Source: a virus
Reading direction: 5' to 3' (one strand)
Virus record (IMG/VR): IMGVR_UViG_3300045988_149468
Span: 32,001 to 96,000 of that record
Length of the DNA: 64,000 nt
Both the position numbers and the translations under genes were made by a program. Under the pieces are notes generated by a model. That model did not search any database. It saw nothing but the letters and a program-made list of their open reading frames with translations, and was not told the DNA's origin. Shown here piece after piece: positions 10,186 through 20,000 of this stretch (position 1 is its first letter; every line of letters begins with the position of its first letter).

Positions 10186-10218
10186 AACTCTCTATGAAAA
10201 TAGGGAGTTATTTTTTTT
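10186..10218 (+). terminator. rho-independent terminator
   Basis: 10-bp stem AACTCTCTAT/ATAGGGAGTT (one G.U pair), GAAA loop, then T8. Confidence 0.75.
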
Positions 10219-10253
10219 ATGTATTTTTAAATTTTATTTTAAAAGGAGGAATT

Positions 10254-10832
10254 ATGGATAGAACATTCAAATTAAAATTTAATATAGATGAAGACATCCT
10301 TATTGTTCCAGAGGTAGAAACCTTTACGAAAGACAATAATATATTCAATATATGTCTTGAATTATATAAAAATGGAAAAACAAAAGAGTTACAAATAAAA
10401 AAGACTGAATTGAAAGATTATAAAGTTGAATTATTTGTTTGTAAACCACCCATGCTAAAAGAATGGGTATCTTGCATTGGTGAAGTTGATGAAAAAAACA
10501 ATCGTATAAATTTCCCAATAGATGATACTTTTACAGATACGAAAGGTGCATATAAATGTGAAGTTTCAATTTCACATGATGAACAAATGTTAATTACACA
10601 ACCATTCATATATAGAGTTAATGGTAGTGTTACTGACGGTGCAATAAAAGAAGAGAAAGTAATCATTAATAAAATAGAACCTAAAATTATTAACAATTTA
10701 ATTACTACTAATGGTGAAGTAGCTTTAAGTGCTAAACAAGGATACATATTAAATGAAAGAATAACTGAAGTTGTTAAAGAGCTTAACGCTAGAATAGATA
10801 GAATATTTGATAATCAACAAGATTTAAAATAA
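10254..10832 (+). CDS. Ig-like (BppU_N-type) domain tail protein
   Basis: ATG 10254 follows AAAGGAGGA; the track start 10194 lies inside the terminator. The N-terminal pattern (KGAYKCEVSISHDEQMLITQPFIYRVNGS) resembles the BppU N-terminal Ig-like domain and is paralogous to 29396 and 42280. Confidence 0.45.
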   Translation: MDRTFKLKFNIDEDILIVPEVETFTKDNNIFNICLELYKNGKTKELQIKKTELKDYKVELFVCKPPMLKEWVSCIGEVDEKNNRINFPIDDTFTDTKGAYKCEVSISHDEQMLITQPFIYRVNGSVTDGAIKEEKVIINKIEPKIINNLITTNGEVALSAKQGYILNERITEVVKELNARIDRIFDNQQDLK

Positions 10833-10867
10833 TATAAAATTTTAATTAGTGATGGGAGGGTAAATTA

Positions 10868-11332
10868 ATGAAGATAAGTGAATTAAAAGGAAATCATTTA
10901 AGAAATTCATTTATATTTAGTATAGATGATGAAATTAGAGAGGTTAATGTGTTTAATCCAACACAAGAACAGAGAGAGATATTACTTAATAGAATAAAAG
11001 AATTAAGCAATAATGATAAAAATGATTCAGAAATAGCTGAAGAATTATATACAGATATATTATTAAATTGTACTGATTTAGAAATAGATGAACCAATAGT
11101 AGATATGTTGGCTAATCCAACTGGTAATTTATTATTGCTAATGAGAGATATAATAGATATATTTAATGAATTGCAAATGGAAATGTTGCTTAATCAATAT
11201 AATGCTATCAATGAATTAGAAAAATTACAATATACTCAATTAATGATATTAAAATCTCAAAAAATAGATATCATTAAGAAAAAAGCAGAGAAAATCCAAG
11301 ATGAAATAGATGAGTTAAAAAAGGATGATTAA
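10868..11332 (+). CDS. tail assembly chaperone (gpG-like, positional)
   Basis: 154 aa, acidic, immediately upstream of the tape measure. It ends in the slippery run A_AAA_AAG at 11317-11323. Confidence 0.45.
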   Translation: MKISELKGNHLRNSFIFSIDDEIREVNVFNPTQEQREILLNRIKELSNNDKNDSEIAEELYTDILLNCTDLEIDEPIVDMLANPTGNLLLLMRDIIDIFNELQMEMLLNQYNAINELEKLQYTQLMILKSQKIDIIKKKAEKIQDEIDELKKDD

Positions 11333-11762
11333 TATGGATTTTAATAATATACAAGAAATTGTAAAATATGTAGAAGGAATTTCACAAGATGGCTTAGTTT
11401 CACTTAAAGATGATTTTAAGGAAACTATGAGTAATGAAATAGAGGAACAGATATATAATGATCATGAGCCTGAAGTATATGAGAGAACGGAACAATTAAA
11501 AAATACACCAGAAGTTGTTATTGGAGATAAGCTTCTTACTGCAAGCTTTGAAGATAATGGTGATTGGGAAAGTTGGAATGGTGGTCACTTCTTTCCTATG
11601 ATTGCTTGGGAAAATAGTGGGACAGTTAGAAGAAGTACGAGTCAAGGTGGTGGGACTTATCCTTTAACACATATTACTGAAGGTGCTTATCAAAAATTAG
11701 ATAGAGAAATTCCTGTTAAATTTAAACAATACCTTATTTCCAGAGGATTGAAGATAGAATAA
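11325..11762 (+). CDS. hypothetical protein, possible gpT-like partner
   Basis: It overlaps the previous ORF in the +1 frame. It has its own ATGs at 11325 and 11334 after AAAAAGGA. No motif recognised. Confidence 0.4.
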   Translation: MINMDFNNIQEIVKYVEGISQDGLVSLKDDFKETMSNEIEEQIYNDHEPEVYERTEQLKNTPEVVIGDKLLTASFEDNGDWESWNGGHFFPMIAWENSGTVRRSTSQGGGTYPLTHITEGAYQKLDREIPVKFKQYLISRGLKIE

Positions 11763-11778
11763 TAAGGTGGTGAATTAA

Positions 11779-13672
11779 ATGGCAGATCATCAATTTAATA
11801 TTAAATTAGGTATTAAAGTTGAAAAAGGTGATTCTGAAAAACAGTTAGAGAATCTCAAAAAATCATTAGAAGAGAAGAAAATTACTTTAAAATTAGATGT
11901 AACTAAGCTTAATGAACAATTAAAAACATTTAAAGATTCGTTAAGTGATGTTAATAAAAAATTAAATGATGCTTTTAAGTTAAATAATGGTGCATTAGAT
12001 AATTTAAAGAATTTAAAAACCGTATTAGAGGAAATCAACAAATTAAGTGGTAAAACTAAAATACAAATTAATAATAGTAAAGACGTAAACACAATTACTA
12101 AAAATTTAGAAACACAGAAACAAAAGTATGCTGAATTAATAAGGTTGAAACAAAGCCTTGAAAAACAAAGAGCTAAAACAACTAATGCTGAATCGTATAA
12201 TGCATTAACAAGAGAAATTGATTTAGTTTCACAAAAAGCAGAAGAATGTAAAACTAAACTTAGTGAACTAACTAAGATTAAGTTAAATGCCGACATGACT
12301 AAAAGTATGGCATCGCAATTTCAAACAATTCAAAAAGAAGCTCAATCCTTAAAAACTTCATTAGAAAATACTTTAAAAAATTCTAATTTAACAATGACTC
12401 AGCAACATGATTTAGAAAATCTCTTAAAAACTATCGAAAAAATCAAAGGTAAAAAAGTAGATTTAAAAACTGATGGAGCAAAAACTAAATTACAAGATAT
12501 AAAAACCAATTTAGAAAGTATTAAAGAAAAATATTCATCAATTAAAATAGATATAAAAACTAACGACAATATTAGAAGTGCGATAAAAACAACTAATGAT
12601 TTTATTAACAAAATTAATTCTGCTCAAAAATCTAAAACTGGTGTAAATTCATTTATTGATGAAGGAAAATTAAATAATTTAAAAACTAAAGTTAAAGATT
12701 TAAGAACTCAATTGTCCGATGTACATTTAAAACCTAATGTTGAATCAGAGATTGAAAACATTATAAAAAAATTAGATAGATGTAAGGTTGAGTTTAAAGA
12801 ATTACAAAATTCAGCTAAATTAAGCATGAAAATAGATGGTGATGTAAATTCACAAACTAAACAGATTGATACTATGTTAAATAAGCTAAAAGAAATGAAA
12901 CAATGGAAAATTGGTTCAAATGCTTATATAGATGAATCTAAAATCAATGAAGCGATATCTAAATTAGAACAGTATAAAAATGAATTGAAAAATTTAGACG
13001 TTAATGATGAAAAAGTTGCATCTGAATTTGAGACTATAAAAAGTAAAATCAATGAAACAACACAAGAAATAAAAGAATTTCAAAATCAAGCTAAGCAAGG
13101 TATGAAAATTGATAGCAATAATGCTAGTATAGATTCATTAAAAAACAAAATCACTCAGTTAAAAAATGAAGAAAAATTAACTGCTGAACAAGCTGAACAA
13201 CTTAAACAAAAATTAAATCAAATATCACAAATGGATGTTGGAAAACAAGCTAATGCTATAAAACATTTTAGAAACGAATTAAAACAAGCTACAGATGAAA
13301 CTTCCAGATTGCAAACTGGTGTTAAAAGAACAAGCACATTCTTTAGTAATCTATATTCAACAATGTCTACATTCTCTCTAGGTAATATTATAAGTATGCA
13401 AATAACCAAAGCTATTTATGGTATAAGTGATACTATTAGAGAATTAGATAAAGCATTTGTTGGGTTAACTAAAGTTGCACCAGATTCATTTCATGGTACT
13501 GCTGAAGAATTAGAAAATGTAAGACAAAAAGCAGTAGAGGTTGGACAAGATGTTGCTCGTAGTGCTACGGATATAATTAATTCAACTGCATCAGCTTTAC
13601 AGTTAGGCGTAAGTAATATTGATAGAGCTATGGAATATGCTAAAAATGTCAATTTATACGCAAATGTCGCAG
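11779..13672 (+). CDS. tail tape measure protein, exon 1
   Basis: Strong SD; about 500 aa of coiled-coil followed by the conserved TMP core (...VGQDVARSATDIINSTASALQLGVSNIDRAMEYAKNVNLYANVA). The uninterrupted frame would stop at 13698, inside intron sequence. Confidence 0.75.
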
Positions 13673-14043
13673 AAACAACATTCTGCCTATGTTTATAAAG
13701 AGCATAGCAAACTCATTGAATTGCTGGAAAGCCCTAAAGCTCAAATGCCACAACATAATTGGAAACGATAAGTGTGATGGAACGAAAGTAGAAAAAAGTT
13801 TTGAGATAGTATAAGGTTAAACCCTAAGTACTAAAATAATGGGTAATCAGCCTCCAAGTCTCTATAAAGTGAGAAAGGATAAACGACTATTCCGTGACGG
13901 GAAGTACACATATAAGCTATTGATATGTGGAAGTGGTGAGGTTCTTTTTATTGAAAAAGAATGTGATATAGTCTACTCTTATATGAAAGTATAAGAAGTT
14001 CATAAGAGAACTGTCTAGCGTAGCGAGCTAGATGAATACAAGG
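13673..14043 (+). ncRNA. group I intron TMP-I1 (ORF-less, 371 nt; boundaries inferred)
   Basis: Core elements occur in order: P GAATTGCTGGAAA 13718-30, Q AATCAGCC 13845-52, R AAACGACTATTCC 13881-93, S GATATAGTCT 13965-74. The 3' tail is GTTCATAAGAGAAC 13998-14011 plus hairpin TCTAGC/GCTAGA. It is richer in G+C than the flanks. Confidence 0.75.
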
Positions 14044-14190
14044 ATATTTCAGAAGAGGATTCAGATAAATATTTAAAATCAATAATGTCAGCGTATGGTG
14101 GCGTTGATGAATCATTGGATGCTATGAGTACCAAAGTTAAAGGTGCTGGTGATAATTACAGTAGATTAACTGATTATATGGATCAGGCAG
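14044..14190 (+). CDS. tail tape measure protein, exon 2
   Basis: Open stretch reading (D)ISEEDSDKYLKSIMSAYGGVDESLDAMSTKVKGAGDNYSRLTDYMDQA; no start codon or SD of its own. Confidence 0.6.
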
Positions 14191-14563
14191 ATGTTTGCCT
14201 AGTTGTATAGTAATATGCAACCGAAAACAACTCTAATTGCAGGTAATGGGTAAAGCCTTACACTACAATATGCCAGAAATGAGTATATGATAGTGCGAAA
14301 GCGGAAACAACGTAAGGATTCTCATATGGTTAAATCCTAAGTGGGAAATGATTAAATTCATACAATCCCTGTTCATGCAACCAAGCTCCCCTGTATATAA
14401 CGAGGAGAAGGCTCAACGACTAATTGTACATTACAAGCCAATGGTAATGGAAAAGGGTTGCTCCTATTTATATAGGATGAAGAAATAGTCTAATCTTATG
14501 TGAAAGCATAAGCAGTTTGTAAGAGAACGGCATAAATCTTGCGAATTTATGTGAATATGAAAG
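14191..14563 (+). ncRNA. group I intron TMP-I2 (ORF-less, 373 nt; boundaries inferred)
   Basis: P TAATTGCAGGTAA 14234-46, Q-like GTTCATGCAACC 14371-82, R CTCAACGACTAAT 14412-24, S AAATAGTCT 14483-91, tail GTTTGTAAGAGAAC 14515-28 plus hairpin CATAAAT/ATTTATG. It is closest to I4. Confidence 0.7.
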
Positions 14564-14577
14564 AAACTATGCAGGTG
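14564..14577 (+). CDS. tail tape measure protein, micro-exon 3 (14 nt; alternatively 13 nt, 14564-14576)
   Basis: This is the only segment between I2 and I3 whose length keeps exons 2 and 4 in frame: (E)TMQV in the 14-nt solution, (A)NYAG in the 13-nt solution. Confidence 0.4.
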
Positions 14578-14922
14578 AAAGTTTAATCGCCTAGTAATAC
14601 AAGTGATTGTATTATTTTACTTTTTGAATTGCTGGAAACTCCTTAGAGTCTTAAATACTACAACATAATCTGAAAAGATAAGTGTGAAAGTTTAAAAAAT
14701 TTAAGAATTGGAAAATCAGCAGGTAAGATTCTAAGTTGATTATAAAATCAATATGAATAAACTTCAACGACTATTCCTGGCAAGGAAGTACATTCAAGCG
14801 AATGGAAGTGGAAAGCTCTTATAATAATTATAAGATAAAGATATAGTCTAGTATCCTATTGAAAAATAGGGAAGTTCATAAGAGAACTGATTAGGAAGTA
14901 GCGAACCTAATTGAATATAACG
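14578..14922 (+). ncRNA. group I intron TMP-I3 (ORF-less, 345 nt; boundaries inferred)
   Basis: P GAATTGCTGGAAA 14626-38, Q AATCAGCAGG 14714-23, R TTCAACGACTATTCC 14763-77, S GATATAGTCT 14840-49, tail GTTCATAAGAGAAC 14874-87 plus hairpin ATTAGG/CCTAAT. It is closest to I1. Confidence 0.7.
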
Positions 14923-15411
14923 AATAATTTTGCTGTTACATCAGCCGACATAGGTGAAGCATTAATGAGAAGTGCTTCAGCTTTTAAATCTAATGGTATG
15001 GATATAAATGAAGGTATAGGATTAATTGTAGGTGCTCAAGAAACGGTTCAAAATGCGGGTAAAGTAGGAAATAGTTTTAAAACAATGATAAATCGTCTTA
15101 ATGGGGTTACTTACTCTATGAAAGAAGGAGATGTTATTGCTAACAAAACTGCACAAGCATTTGAAAAATTAGCAGGTATCAAAATAGTAGATTGGGATAC
15201 TAACAAAGTAAAAGATGCTTATACTATCTTTAGTCAATTAGCAGATAAATGGGATGATATGAACGATGTTCAAAAAAATGGTATAGCAGACGCATTAGGT
15301 GGTGCTCACCATTTGAACACATTACAAGCTTTAATGAACAACTGGGACACTGTCGTACAATATCAACAAGAATATAACGATGGATTCATGGTTGGATCAG
15401 CTGAAAAAGAG
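14923..15411 (+). CDS. tail tape measure protein, exon 4
   Basis: NNFAVTSADIGEALMRSASAFKSNGMDINEGIGLIVGAQETVQNAGKVGNSFKTMINRL... is the typical TMP core. The track ORF 14911-15447 extends into intron sequence on both sides. Confidence 0.65.
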
Positions 15412-15647
15412 AAACAACATTCTCCGTATGTACAGAAATGTGCATAGGACACAACTTGAATTGCAGGTACAACCTAAGAGCCTTACACCACAATATTGGA
15501 GAAATCACAATATGAAGGTACGAAAGTAGAAACAACGTAAGGATAGATATAAGGTTAAATCCTAAGTATCTAAATGTAATTAAAGTAATTATTACATTAC
15601 AATGGTAGTTCATGCAGAGAAATTCCTAAATTTAATTTATAAAATCA

Positions 15648-15676
15648 TTGACAATATTTACCATTGGTGTTATTAT
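15648..15676 (+). promoter_or_regulatory. sigma-70-type promoter inside intron I4
   Basis: TTGACA (15648-53), 17 bp, TATTAT (15671-76), 11 bp, AATTAATAAGGAGG (15688-), then ATG 15710. Confidence 0.5.
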
Positions 15677-15709
15677 TTAAATATAATAATTAATAAGGAG
15701 GTGATTATT

Positions 15710-16861
15710 ATGGCAAAAAAATATAATGAAAAAGATATTATTGAAATTTTAGAAAAAAATAATGTGATATTATTATCAAATTATAAAAATAGCACAACAG
15801 AATTAAAAATGATTTGTAGCTGTGGAAAGCATTTTAGTAAATCGTTTAAAATAATGAAACGAAGTGGAAATTTTAAATGTAATGATTGTATAAAAAAAGA
15901 ACAAGTAAAAAAACAAACTATGCCTTATGAAATTGCAAAACAGAGAGTTGAAAACTTAGGATATAAATTGTTAACAACCAAAGAAGAATATATTAAAGCT
16001 AGTGAAAAAAACAAATTACAATGTCCAAATGGGCATATATATGAACAAATATTATTAGATTTATTTAAAGGACACAGATGTAAAAAATGTGCATCTAAAA
16101 TAAACGGAGATAAATCTAAATTTAAATACGAAGATGTTAAAAAGGTTATAACTGATTTAGGATTTGAATTATTATCAGCAGAATATGTAAATAATGATAC
16201 TCCTTTAAAAGTTAAATGTAAAAAATGTAATCATATATTTTCCCCAACTTTACATAATTTAAAAAACGGAACTGGCTGTCCAAATTGTTATTCAAAAATT
16301 AGGGGTAAATCTACAATCATACCATACGAGGATAGAGTAAATTATGTTGAAAATTTTAATTATAAAATCTTAACACCAAAAGAAGAATATATTAATGGTG
16401 AAAATAAGGTGAAATTAAAATGTTCAAAAGGACATATTTATGAAGCTAGATTGCATGATTTTTACATTGGAAATAGATGTCCGCATTGTAAGGAATCTAA
16501 AGGTGAAAGAAAAATTGAAAGATTTTTAAAAGAAAATGACATTAGATTTGAAAAACAATACATTATAAAAAGATGTAAATTTAAAAGATATTTACCTTTT
16601 GATTTTTATTTACCTGATTATAACCTTCTTATAGAATATGATGGGAAGCAACATTTTGAAATAAGTGATTATTTTGGGGGTTATGAAAGTTTCATAGATA
16701 CCAAGATAAGAGATACAATTAAAAACATTTATTGTCAAAATAATAACATAGATTTATTGAGAATCTCTTATTGGGATTATAAAAATATTGAGAATATATT
16801 GGCTGATAAATTAAAATTAAACAAGGAAAACTTTCAACGACTAGAGTTGAGATACTCGTAG
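15710..16861 (+). CDS. intron-encoded homing endonuclease: tandem zinc-ribbon modules plus C-terminal Vsr/PD-(D/E)XK-like nuclease domain
   Basis: ATG 15710 follows AAGGAGG. There are four repeats of CxxGH...GxxCPxC-type ribbons (CSCGKH..CNDC, CPNGH..CKKC, CKKCNH..CPNC, CSKGH..CPHC). The C-terminus FDFYLPDYNLLIEYDGKQHFE...RD matches Vsr/DUF559-like and EDxHD-type nucleases. The last codons overlap intron element R. Confidence 0.75.
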   Translation: MAKKYNEKDIIEILEKNNVILLSNYKNSTTELKMICSCGKHFSKSFKIMKRSGNFKCNDCIKKEQVKKQTMPYEIAKQRVENLGYKLLTTKEEYIKASEKNKLQCPNGHIYEQILLDLFKGHRCKKCASKINGDKSKFKYEDVKKVITDLGFELLSAEYVNNDTPLKVKCKKCNHIFSPTLHNLKNGTGCPNCYSKIRGKSTIIPYEDRVNYVENFNYKILTPKEEYINGENKVKLKCSKGHIYEARLHDFYIGNRCPHCKESKGERKIERFLKENDIRFEKQYIIKRCKFKRYLPFDFYLPDYNLLIEYDGKQHFEISDYFGGYESFIDTKIRDTIKNIYCQNNNIDLLRISYWDYKNIENILADKLKLNKENFQRLELRYS

Positions 16862-17000
16862 GATATAAGCGATTGATATCCGAAGTGGGTTGCCCCTAAC
16901 GTAAAGACGAGGGTGAAGAAATAGTCTGCTCATCTATAGAAATATAGAGAAGTTCATAAGAGAACTGCATAGGTATAGCGAATCTATGTGAACAAAAAGG

Positions 17001-20000
17001 AATGCTAGATTTATAGATAGCATAGAAGGTAAAATAACAAAATTAAAAGAACAATTTAATAGTTTGGTTACAACTACAATAAGTACGGATAGTGTTAAAA
17101 CATTTTTAGATGTATTAACAAGTGTATTAGAAACAGTTAATGGTATAGTAAAAGCATTTGATAATATAGGTATGTCTGCTCCTTTGATGATTGGTGTTTT
17201 TGCTAGTTTAGGTAAAACTATAAAAGCTTTAGGTACAGGTTCAGCATTAACTGTGACTGGGGGAAGTATATTTTCAAATTTATTAGGTAGAGCTGGTGTT
17301 CAAATACCACAAACTCTACAACAAAGTACTACTGCAACTGAAGGATTTAGAGTAGCTTTAACTAATGTAAGTGGAGCATCTATGTTAGCTTCAGCAAAAA
17401 CTGCTGTTTTAACTGCGGGTGTAACATTATTAAATACAGTTATGACAGGATTAGCTATTGGTGCTATTGCTTTAGTTTGTAAAGCTTTATATGATTATGT
17501 CAATGCTAATCAAATTGCACATGATAGAATAGAAGATAATATTGATACTACTAAAAGTAATATTAATAGTTATACCAAACAAAAGAATAGCTTAAAAGGT
17601 ATTGCAGAAGAATATGATAATTTAGCGGACAAAACTAATAAAAGTACAAAAGAATCTGAAAGATATCATGAATTACAACAACAAATAGCTGATACTGCAC
17701 CAGATTTAGTTTTAGGACAAGATTCTAATGGAAATCCAATTTTAGCTTTAAATGGATCATTAGAAGATTATATAGATAATTTAGATAGTGCAATAAAAAG
17801 AGAACAAGAGTTTTTAAAAATTCAACAAAATGCATTAGCAAATACTTCAATAGGGAATTTAGTTAAATATACTAAAGATAGAAGTATAGTTGAGTCATCT
17901 CTTGGGAATATGACAAACTTTTCAGATGCATGGGACGATAGTGGTTCATGGTGGAATAAAAAAGGATTAAAAAATGCTAAAGATGGCGCTGATGCCTATG
18001 TTCGTATAGTGCAAGAAAGAAATGATAAAGTAAATAAACTTAATAAAACTTTAACAGAACATTTTACTGAAGTTTCTCAAATAGAAGCAGAACAACAACA
18101 AAAAGTATTTAATGAATTAGGAGATGAATATCTTTATAAAAATTATAATAAGTTATCTAAAGACGGAATTAAGAATACTAAAAATATTATGGATACACTT
18201 ATTGGTAATTTTAACTGGGGTAGTGAAGTCGTAGATACAGTAGCGAAACAAAAGGATTTCATAGAAAGTTTTGATGAAATAGCTTCTAAAGTTGGTAAAA
18301 GCAAAGAAGAAATGCAAGAATGGAATAAAACTTTAAGTGAAGCTAATTATGCTTTCCAAGAAACAGGTGATTATGAACAATTCCAAAAAGACATAAGTGG
18401 TATAACTGAAGAATTAGAAAAAATGACTGGAATTGACGCTGAAAAATGGGCAATTGGATTTACACCAGCTTTACAAGGTTCATTAGATGCTGATTCTATA
18501 GCATTGAGTAAATTTTTAAAGAATTATAATAAAACACTTACAGAACTTAAATCTGGTGATAAAGTAGCAATAAGAATACAAGCCGAATATGAAGATACCA
18601 ATGATTTCATACAAAAGATAACTAATATGGAAGATAGACAGCAACAGATTGATTATATGGTTAAAATTAATACTGGTGAAGTTGAATATGGCAATCTTCC
18701 TTACCAAATTCAAGAAATGATTAAAGGTACTCTTGATGGTGGTAAAACAATGCAAGATTGGGAATCTGATGTTGTTATGAGAATTGCTACTGAAATTCAA
18801 TCTAATGGTGAATTAGATGATAAAACATTTGATTTAATTGCTAGAATGTTAAATGGTGAATTAACCGATACGGAAATTAAAGCAGGGATAACATTACCTA
18901 GTGGTGATGTATTAAATGCACAACTTGTTGGTGAAATAAATGAGGTTAATAAAAATAAAGATAAAAACATTAAAGTAGGAATTGAAGCTGATTCAGAGAA
19001 ATTAGATGAAGATTTATCTACCATTTTAGGTGATAAAGAAGAAGCTAAACAGTTAAAAGTTGATTTAGTTACTAATTTTAATGAAGATAAATTTGAAACA
19101 TTCAATGAATTAATTAAAGATATGGATTCTGATAAACAAATTCAAATAGCTACTGCTTTTGTTAATAATGGTGATGCAGATCCAGATGAAATAGAACAAT
19201 TTATATCATCTTTACCTGATGAAATCCAAAAGATAGTTAGAATTAAGTATGAAGAAAGTGGCAAAAATGATGTTGAAAATAGTGTGTTTAATGAATCTAA
19301 AGTACAGACAATTATACTTGATGCTGATGATGAAAAGGCACAAGCTAAGATTAAGAAATTAGGTAAAACGCTAGATGATATGGACGGTGTTGATAGAAAT
19401 ATTAAAGTTGGTATTATTGAAAATGCTGGTACAGGTAATGTAAAAGATATGATGAAAGCATTAGATTTAGTAAAAGATTTACCAGAAGAAAAAAGATTGG
19501 ATGTTATAAGTAATTTACAAGATATAATGGTAAACTTTTCTGAAGCTGACAAAAAACAACTTAAACCTAAAATAATGGAAATACTTGGTGATAATTCTGA
19601 TGCTAATTCTAAAATAGATAACACAAACGCAAAAGATACCCCAGACAAGAATTTGGATATTAATGCTAACGATAACGCTAGTAATAAAATTCATAAGGTA
19701 CAACAAGAAAGTATAGCCGACAAATTCTTCAACATAGTTGTTGGCGTAAAAGAAACCGTTGCAGGTGCATGGAAAGCTCTAACTAGTGGTGTAGGTGGAT
19801 TATATTCTAAAGGTGATAATAGTACTATAAAACACAAGTCAATTAGTGAATTTTCTAATATAGGAGATAACCCAATAGATGTTGATAGTGCTACACCAAC
19901 AGCTCAAAGTATGGATTTTAACTCTATGTCGGATAGTCCTTCAGTAGTAGATTCTGATTCAACAATAGATAATACAAGCTCAGCTATTAGTAAAGTAAAA

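Larger units (their letters stand above)
15412..17000 (+). mobile_element. group I intron TMP-I4 carrying a homing-endonuclease ORF (1,589 nt; boundaries inferred)
   Basis: The 5' end AAACAACATTCT is identical to that of I1. P GAATTGCAGGTAC 15458-70, Q-like GTTCATGCAG 15608-17, then the ORF insertion, R TTCAACGACTAGAG 16833-46, S AAATAGTCT 16919-27, tail GTTCATAAGAGAAC 16952-65 plus hairpin CATAG/CTATG. Confidence 0.75.

Noticed and set aside
11317-11332. Canonical -1 frameshift at A_AAA_AAG producing a gpGT-like fusion.
   Set aside because: The -1 frame terminates after two codons (GGA TGA). The downstream ORF is in the +1/-2 frame.
13687-13707. The hairpin CTATGTTT-ATAAA-GAGCATAG in I1 (and TATGTAC/GTGCATA at 15427-15446 in I4) considered as P1, with 5' splice sites after U13692 and U15431 (U.G wobbles present).
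   Set aside because: For I1 no omega-G choice at the aligned 3' position restores the frame (stop codon or frameshift). The equivalent hairpin in I3 (14593-14614) cannot be exonic in any frame. The model would also make the nearly identical 20-mers AAACAACATTCT[GC]C.. coding at two unrelated TMP positions. I treat these hairpins as P2.
15386-15613. 75-aa minus-strand ORF spanning the exon 4 / intron I4 boundary.
   Set aside because: It lies antisense to the intron P3-P6 region and has no SD. It is explained by the structured intron sequence.
14034-16990. 3' splice sites at the G of the conserved hairpin-TG (G14034, G14553, G14913, G16990), which leave AATACAAGG-type sequences in the exons.
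   Set aside because: These do not give a consistent in-frame product for all four introns when combined with homologous 5' sites. They cannot be fully excluded for individual introns without cDNA.
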